From the NCBI GenBank assembly GCA_023245355.1, contig JAHFKN010000003.1, positions 57,368 to 121,367 on the forward strand: DNA of 64,000 nt. Reading direction: 5' to 3'. The position numbers were made by a program, and so were the translations under genes. The DNA is from Candidatus Gottesmanbacteria bacterium (GTDB lineage Bacteria > Patescibacteriota > Microgenomatia > UBA10105 > UBA927). This document shows, piece after piece, positions 58,705 through 64,000 of the stretch; within the stretch, counting starts at the first letter, position 1, and each line of letters starts with the position of its first letter. The notes under the pieces are model-generated. The model ran no database searches. It worked only from the letters and a program-made list of their open reading frames with translations, and was not told the DNA's origin.

Positions 58705-61188
58705 TTGTTAAAGATGACAATAATCCTCTCGTCCGCCGGCTGGCGGAGAGGGGATTTTTTGTGGGCATATTGGTACAATACGTTCGTGATAATTCTTTTC
58801 CGCCGGTATGGGATCTTTCTTGTATTGGCAGTCATTACCGCTCTGCTTTTTTCCCCGGTTTTGTTAAAAGGAATGGTTCCTATTCCAGCCGATTACATGC
58901 TCGCGTGGTATGAGCCCTGGAAAACAGCCAATTCAGTAAATGGCGTGCCGGCAATTCCTCATAAACCGGTTGTTGATGACGCGTTCCGGCATTTGTATCC
59001 GTTGCGGGTGATCGCATCAGAGATTCAGAAACAGGGCAGTATGCCGTTATGGAATCCGTATAATGCAGCAGGCACTCCGCTGTTTGCGATCATGCATCCG
59101 GGGTATCTTACTCCGTTCGGACTATTTTTTCTTATCGGTACCCCTGTCGTCGCCTGGACGCTGTATGTGATGATGCAGCCCGTCGTGCTGGGATTTGCGA
59201 CGTATTGGTATGCAAGAAAACTCCGGTTAAAAAGATACGCTTCGGTTTTTGCATCAGCTGTCATAGTACTTTCGGGTTTTTCAATCGTCCGGCTTGAGTA
59301 CGGGGAATTTTTATACGTGCTGGCCGGTTTGCCGTTCCTTCTTGGGATTGTTGAAGAGTTGGTCAGTAGCCCCAAAAGCAGAGTCATCCTGGTTATTCCC
59401 TGGATTGTTATGGGGATCATGCTATCCGGCCAGCCCCATATGATTATATATACGCTGGGACTATTCGCGCTGTATGCGTTCGTCAGACTGCCGTTTGCCG
59501 GTGCAGTACGGGTAGGAGGGTTTGCGGCATTGGGAGTTGGGTTATCTGCAGTGCAATTACTTCCGGGTCTGGAACTCTACACACAATCGACTATCGACCG
59601 GACGACGAGCGCATTTATTTTTGAGCGGTTCCTTCTGCCGGTTGTCCATCTTATCACCGTTATTATTCCGAATTATTTCGGTAATCAGGCAACATACAAT
59701 TATTTCGGTCCCCATGACTATACTGAGACGGTAGCGTACGTCGGGTTCATCCCGGTATTTTTTGCAGTGTTGGCAAACCGGTATGTGCGCACGCCGGTCG
59801 TACGGTTTTTTTCTGCCGTGGCTGCCGTTTCCGCACTTATGACGGTCGATTGGTTTGGTGCGAGACTCTTTTTTTCATTGCCGATTCCCGTTCTTTCATC
59901 GGATGTTCCCAGCCGCGTGTTTGTGCTTACCATGTTTGCGATTGCGATATTGGGTGCTATGGGAATTTCCGTGTGGGAAACACTCCCGTCAAAAAAAACG
60001 CGTTCCTGGCTGTTCTGGTCAGGATTGGTGCTCGGCGCAATCCTTTTGGGGACGTGGATTATGTATAGGATGCATATTGTCTGTCCGCCTGAAGTGTCAG
60101 GGTGCCGCATGGTGAGTCTTCGCACGACACTTATCGAAGCCGCCGGATTTGCAGCGTTTGTCGTCTCCTGCCTGTTTGGTTTTCGCGCTAAAGGAACATT
60201 GCGCGTTATCGCCCTGAGCGTTCCGCTGGTTGTCGTGTTGGCACTCGGTACATATAATGCACGGAAATTTCTTCCGTTTTCCCCGCGTTCGCGTGTGTTT
60301 CCCGAGACCCCCGTATTGTCAGCGGTTTCAAACATTGCGGGGTATAACAGATTTTTCGGATTTGGCGGAGCCGACTTCCGTACAAATCTTACATCCTATT
60401 ACCATTTGTATTCCCTGCAATACTTTGATCCGCTGCATCTTAAGCGGTATGCGGAACTTATAAGCTTCGTAAACACCGGGGACCGGAAAAAAGATATCCG
60501 CAGAAGCGATGTGAATATTATTTCTGATGCGACGGTAAGTGCGCAGTTGTATGCCCGGCGTGAGCGGATGCTGGATATGGCGGGTACATACGCACTGATA
60601 ACCAGAAAAAGTGACAATGTGACGCCTGGTGTTCCTGTAACGTGGCAAGATGGTACCTGGCAGATTATAAAACGGCCGACAGCACTTCCGCGGGCATATC
60701 TTATTACTGACGTAAGGATTCAGCCTGATCCTGACGCGTTGCTTTCACAGCTGTTTTCCGGTGAGACTGATATACAGAAAACGGCATTTGTTGAAGCTCC
60801 GGTTTCACTCATCGATACCGGTTCGGACATGACAGGATCCGTTATGATTGATTCGTATCAAGCCAATGCCGTGATGATGTCAGTCACCTCATCCTCGGAC
60901 GCGCTGCTTGTATTATCCGATGCATATTATCCTGGTTGGCGGGCGAGTCTGGACGGAAAAGAAACATATATTTACCGGACAAATTACGCGTTCCGCGGAA
61001 TAGCTGTTCCGAAAGGAACGCATAAGGTCCGGTTTTATTATGATCCCTCCTCATTTCGTATCGGCCTCTGGATAAGCGGGCTGAGCGTGTTTGTATGGAT
61101 TTTGATCTGGTTTGTTCCTGTGATAAAATCTCACAATGACAGTAGAAGAATTACCCGAAGCACAGCCAAGACAAAGAAGAATAACTGA
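58705..61188 (+). CDS. YfhO-family polytopic membrane protein (putative lipid-linked glycosyltransferase)
   Basis: 827 aa, about 13 N-terminal TM helices plus a large extracytoplasmic C-terminal domain and a final TM, the usual YfhO architecture. Confidence 0.5.
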   Translation: MLKMTIILSSAGWRRGDFLWAYWYNTFVIILFRRYGIFLVLAVITALLFSPVLLKGMVPIPADYMLAWYEPWKTANSVNGVPAIPHKPVVDDAFRHLYPLRVIASEIQKQGSMPLWNPYNAAGTPLFAIMHPGYLTPFGLFFLIGTPVVAWTLYVMMQPVVLGFATYWYARKLRLKRYASVFASAVIVLSGFSIVRLEYGEFLYVLAGLPFLLGIVEELVSSPKSRVILVIPWIVMGIMLSGQPHMIIYTLGLFALYAFVRLPFAGAVRVGGFAALGVGLSAVQLLPGLELYTQSTIDRTTSAFIFERFLLPVVHLITVIIPNYFGNQATYNYFGPHDYTETVAYVGFIPVFFAVLANRYVRTPVVRFFSAVAAVSALMTVDWFGARLFFSLPIPVLSSDVPSRVFVLTMFAIAILGAMGISVWETLPSKKTRSWLFWSGLVLGAILLGTWIMYRMHIVCPPEVSGCRMVSLRTTLIEAAGFAAFVVSCLFGFRAKGTLRVIALSVPLVVVLALGTYNARKFLPFSPRSRVFPETPVLSAVSNIAGYNRFFGFGGADFRTNLTSYYHLYSLQYFDPLHLKRYAELISFVNTGDRKKDIRRSDVNIISDATVSAQLYARRERMLDMAGTYALITRKSDNVTPGVPVTWQDGTWQIIKRPTALPRAYLITDVRIQPDPDALLSQLFSGETDIQKTAFVEAPVSLIDTGSDMTGSVMIDSYQANAVMMSVTSSSDALLVLSDAYYPGWRASLDGKETYIYRTNYAFRGIAVPKGTHKVRFYYDPSSFRIGLWISGLSVFVWILIWFVPVIKSHNDSRRITRSTAKTKKNN

Positions 61189-61393
61189 CAGGGGGCAGCG
61201 CATTGCGCGCCTGCGCATGGCACTTATACGGGGAGGAGCATCCGGAGTACAGATGCCGGAGGTTGACGGATATCCCGTGGCGACTGAACCGTTGCCGGGA
61301 ACCGTACGGACGACGCATGTCGATAGGCACAAACGAAGACAAACGGTTGATGTTTCCCTTGATGAGTAGAGAGAAGATCAGTGGTTCCTATGT

Positions 61394-61555
61394 GAGGCTT
61401 TGGAAGGTTGAGTCCACGAAATCCCGCTATGCGGGAGAATCGAGAATCCCTGGTAGCAATTTGAGCGTTTTATTGAGGCTTTGGAAGGTTGAGTCCACGA
61501 AATCCCGCTATGCGGGAGAATCGAGAATCCCTGGTAGCAATTTGAGCGTTTTATT
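61394..61555. repeat. 81-bp tandem direct repeat x2, tRNA-Cys-3'-end-derived, each with a CCCGCTATGCGGG hairpin
   Basis: Units 61394..61474 and 61475..61555 are identical. The third period (61556) is the tRNA-Cys 3' end itself (gaggctcggaagggaatcgaacc versus gaggctttggaaggttgagtcc). Confidence 0.8.
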
Positions 61556-61556
61556 G

Positions 61557-61628
61557 AGGCTCGGAAGGGAATCGAACCCTTGCATAGAAGTTTTGCAGAC
61601 TCCCGCGTTACCACTTCGCCACCGAGCC
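61557..61628 (-). tRNA. tRNA-Cys (anticodon GCA)
   Basis: Acceptor GGCTCGG/CCGAGCC, 3-bp D-stem, anticodon stem GGAGT/ACTTC with loop CTGCAAA, T-loop TTCGATT, discriminator U. No CCA encoded. Confidence 0.85.
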
Positions 61629-61653
61629 ATGGATATAAACATGAGTCTTTTAG

Positions 61654-61725
61654 TGGGTGCGCATAGAATCGAACTATGGACCTCTTTCTTATCAGGAAAG
61701 CGTTCTACCACTGAACTACGCACCC
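61654..61725 (-). tRNA. tRNA-Ile (anticodon GAT)
   Basis: Acceptor GGGTGCG/CGCACCC, D-loop AGTTCAGTGGTAGAAC, anticodon stem CTTTC/GAAAG with loop CTGATAA, T-loop TTCGATT, discriminator A. Confidence 0.85.
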
Positions 61726-61973
61726 AGTAAACTATTTTGTAATCTTGTTTTTAAGTCTTCTTTTAGCGCATGCATTTTGAGCTTCTTTTCTCTCATCAAT
61801 GCATCTTTTTTGTCTTTATACGCTTCGTAATATACTAAAATCCACGGTCGGTATCCTTTTGTTGATTTCACCTCTCCGTTATTGTGCTGATGTAATCTTG
61901 TACGTAAATCCCCGGTTGATCCTATATATACGTCATTATTAACCTTGCTTTTGAGGACATATACATAGTACAT
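61716..61973 (-). CDS. GIY-YIG nuclease superfamily protein (YhbQ/UPF0213-like, 85 aa)
   Basis: MYYVYVLKS...VYIGSTGDLRTRLHQH...YYEAYKDK...REKKLK. About 50% identical to the GIY-YIG protein at 4451..4699. Its 3' end overlaps the 5' end of tRNA-Ile by about 10 nt. Confidence 0.75.
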   Translation of the reverse strand: MYYVYVLKSKVNNDVYIGSTGDLRTRLHQHNNGEVKSTKGYRPWILVYYEAYKDKKDALMREKKLKMHALKEDLKTRLQNSLLGA

Positions 61974-61980
61974 ACCACTG

Positions 61981-62025
61981 TCAGGCGAAGCCTGATCTGG
62001 CTTTGCCAGAAACTACGCACCCAGT
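61981..62025 (-). repeat. Two tandem 15-nt hairpins plus a 15-nt duplicate of the tRNA-Ile 5' end, upstream of the GIY-YIG gene
   Basis: tcaggc-gaa-gcctga (61981..61995), tctggc-ttt-gccaga (61996..62010), then aactacgcacccagt (62011..62025), identical to 61713..61727 (tRNA positions 1-12 plus 3 nt upstream). Confidence 0.65.
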
Positions 62026-62053
62026 CAGGATGGCAATAATTGTACCACAAGGC

Positions 62054-63454
62054 TCACTGATAAATCACTACCGGCGTGCCTATATCGGCGAATTGGTACA
62101 CTTCCTTGGCATCTCCCACATCGAGCGCGACACAGCCTCCGGTATTCGGAGCACCGATAAATTCCCGTGGCCGTTGGATTTTGTTTCTTCCGGAATAGAA
62201 ATACGGCAGCTCATGAATACCAAAGTAGGCATGAAGTTCTTTGGAATATTCAAAGCCCATCCAGTACGGCATCCAGACGTTATAAATGCCCGAAAATCCC
62301 AATCCGGTTTTGTTGAGGATTTTAAATGATCCGACGGGGGTGGGATAGTCTTTACCGGTAGAAACGCGGTATATTTTGACAATCTTTTTGTCCTTAAACG
62401 TAAATAGTTTCTGCTGCGATATATCGATTTCTATATATTTTCCGGCAATTTCTCCTTCGGTATTGGGACCGCTGTCTATCCCTACCTTGACCGATTCGGC
62501 CGGTCCGCCCGCAAATCGCGTTGTGAGTGCATTTTTTATCCCGTTGCCGACCCGTTCATATGCGGTTTGCGGATTAAATGTTGCCTGATACACGGATAAT
62601 GCGGTAGTGAGGTCCGGCAAAAAGGTATCGTAATTGACGGAAAACGTGACCGTGTCCGAATTGGCGGACATGCTGGCAGTCGTATACCGCCGTAAGTCGG
62701 CTGGTGAAAGTGTTATGAATTGATTGGTGCCGTTTAAGCCGACGATGACGGTCAGCGGCTCGCTGTATACGCTGGCCAGCTTCGTATTTGTCGAAGCGAC
62801 AAGTTCTTCGAGGTGGTTTGGCGCTTCGACCAGCGGAACGGTCAGCGGCTCGCCGACGGAGCCGAAGTGGCGGAGAAGCTCAGTCTGAAACAATGTGATA
62901 TCGACAACATACCGTTGCTGCGGGGCAAACAGCGTCGCCTTTTTGTTATCCTGATCAAGGTAAACGATATTCTGACTGCTGAGTCCTGCGTCATTAAGTT
63001 TGGCAACATATTCGTAAAACTCCTGAGAAAAAGAAAGCGGAACGCTTACAATCCGCGGCCGGAATATCTGGTTTGCTACACTCTGAATTTTTTCCGGCCA
63101 GGAAAGCATATTCGGGGTGAATATCTCATGAATTACTTCATCGGGGTCCATATAGACGCCGATATGCTCGTAGGATAAATCGTAGGTTTGGGAGTTAATG
63201 GTAAGTACAAGTGTAGATTGGTAACACCGGGTGAGAAATTCCCGGATTGCTTCCTTGGTGCGCAGTCCCATGTTGGTATTCCCGATGACCGTATTGGGAA
63301 AACTTAGGGTGTTTGCGCTGATAATCAGGAGAAACATGGCGTTTATCAGGGTAAATGCGGCAAGGACATTTCGCCGGGTCAGAATTTTTTTGTGCCGCAA
63401 GTGCCGCACGATATGACGTGCATGGTGAGAGATAGCCGCAACGTGACGCTTCAT
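62054..63454 (-). CDS. L,D-transpeptidase (YkuD domain) with N-terminal TM and repeat domains
   Basis: C-terminal catalytic region YFGIHELPY...APNTGGCVAL (His...Cys in LDT order). Confidence 0.65.
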   Translation of the reverse strand: MKRHVAAISHHARHIVRHLRHKKILTRRNVLAAFTLINAMFLLIISANTLSFPNTVIGNTNMGLRTKEAIREFLTRCYQSTLVLTINSQTYDLSYEHIGVYMDPDEVIHEIFTPNMLSWPEKIQSVANQIFRPRIVSVPLSFSQEFYEYVAKLNDAGLSSQNIVYLDQDNKKATLFAPQQRYVVDITLFQTELLRHFGSVGEPLTVPLVEAPNHLEELVASTNTKLASVYSEPLTVIVGLNGTNQFITLSPADLRRYTTASMSANSDTVTFSVNYDTFLPDLTTALSVYQATFNPQTAYERVGNGIKNALTTRFAGGPAESVKVGIDSGPNTEGEIAGKYIEIDISQQKLFTFKDKKIVKIYRVSTGKDYPTPVGSFKILNKTGLGFSGIYNVWMPYWMGFEYSKELHAYFGIHELPYFYSGRNKIQRPREFIGAPNTGGCVALDVGDAKEVYQFADIGTPVVIYQ

Positions 63455-63508
63455 ATCTTTTAGGCTATCAGAACTCGCTTCTCAGGACAATTTGGAAAAA
63501 CGTGCTGA

Positions 63509-63973
63509 TCAGGATGAAGCCAGGGGATTTTGTGAAAGCGATTGGATAATGGTCGGAAGACGGGTGGCTATGTGTTTGGCGTCGCCTTTGTCGTTTAAGA
63601 GACCCCAGTTGAGCACGCCGAATTCTTTATCGTCGAATAACTCATAGAACCCGATGTTCCGGATATTATTATCGTTGACGACGGGGAGCATGGCCTGTGC
63701 GATTTTTTCGACAGCATATGACTGAAGCTTTTCGTGTTTCGGGTTTTTTTTCTGGATCGGGTCGAGTGTGGGGAATCCGAATTCCCCGACGTCTATTGCC
63801 AGAGCAGGAAACAACGTACGTGTCCGATGAACTACCTTTTCAAACTCATGTATGTCGGTAATCTGATCCGTAAGAAGTGTCAGAAAGTCGCCACGCACAT
63901 TTCGTGTTCCTTTGGTCGCAATCGCCTCAAGCGCCTGATGGGCCACCGTTATTCCTGATTTCGGACGCAGCAT
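63509..63973 (-). CDS. Hypothetical protein (possibly the C-terminal part of a longer gene starting beyond the window end)
   Basis: 154-aa ORF. No family recognised. The reading frame remains open to the window edge. Confidence 0.25.
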   Translation of the reverse strand: MLRPKSGITVAHQALEAIATKGTRNVRGDFLTLLTDQITDIHEFEKVVHRTRTLFPALAIDVGEFGFPTLDPIQKKNPKHEKLQSYAVEKIAQAMLPVVNDNNIRNIGFYELFDDKEFGVLNWGLLNDKGDAKHIATRLPTIIQSLSQNPLASS

Positions 63974-64000
63974 TTTTTTATTGTACTGGTATGATCCGGG

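Noticed and set aside
61203-61730. 175-aa plus ORF and 78-aa minus ORF (61378..61614) with internally repeated peptide
   Set aside because: They run through the 81-bp tandem repeats and two tRNA genes. The repetitive peptides are a by-product of the DNA repeat.

Overview
This 64 kb window looks like a compact bacterial chromosome segment. Genes are densely packed and mostly short, with many overlapping start/stop codons. Composition is roughly mid-40s % GC by eye, and most genes lack obvious Shine-Dalgarno sequences. Gene content is dominated by cell-envelope and lipid-carrier functions: UppP, three PAP2 phosphatases, a sulfatase-like enzyme, a YfhO-family protein, GT2/GT4 glycosyltransferases, an O-antigen-ligase-like protein with TPR repeats, L,D-transpeptidase, PBP2, MreB, signal peptidase and two SGNH/GDSL hydrolases. 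Housekeeping genes include def-fmt, dprA-topA, rpmG, rpmB, a tdh-kbl pair and a polyamine module (SAM decarboxylase plus a membrane-fused spermidine synthase). RNA genes are six tRNAs (Trp, Thr x2, Tyr, Cys, Ile), all on the minus strand, and one complete 16S rRNA that stands alone with no 23S or 5S nearby. The divergent 16S and the gene content are compatible with a small-genome, possibly CPR/Patescibacteria-like bacterium, but that is an inference only. Three things stand out. (1) A recurring architecture at tRNA genes: a short duplicate of the tRNA 5' end plus small palindromic hairpins sits upstream of the intact tRNA, and twice a tiny YhbQ-like GIY-YIG nuclease gene lies in between. tRNA-Cys is additionally followed by two copies of an 81-bp tRNA-derived tandem repeat. 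(2) A visibly GC-richer, strong-SD, all-plus-strand block of unknown membrane/SPFH proteins at about 28.99-33.6 kb, with lower-GC flanks out to about 34.7 kb (a 650-nt structured region, a small HExxH protein, a small membrane ORF). It is preceded by a 1.2-kb ORF-free structured region with iteron-like direct repeats, a family of CCCG-N-CGGG hairpins and an AT-rich tract. This looks like an integrated foreign element with a candidate origin or ncRNA. (3) A promoter-to-terminator bounded candidate sRNA lies just upstream of the 16S gene. No CRISPR array, integrase or transposase was recognisable.
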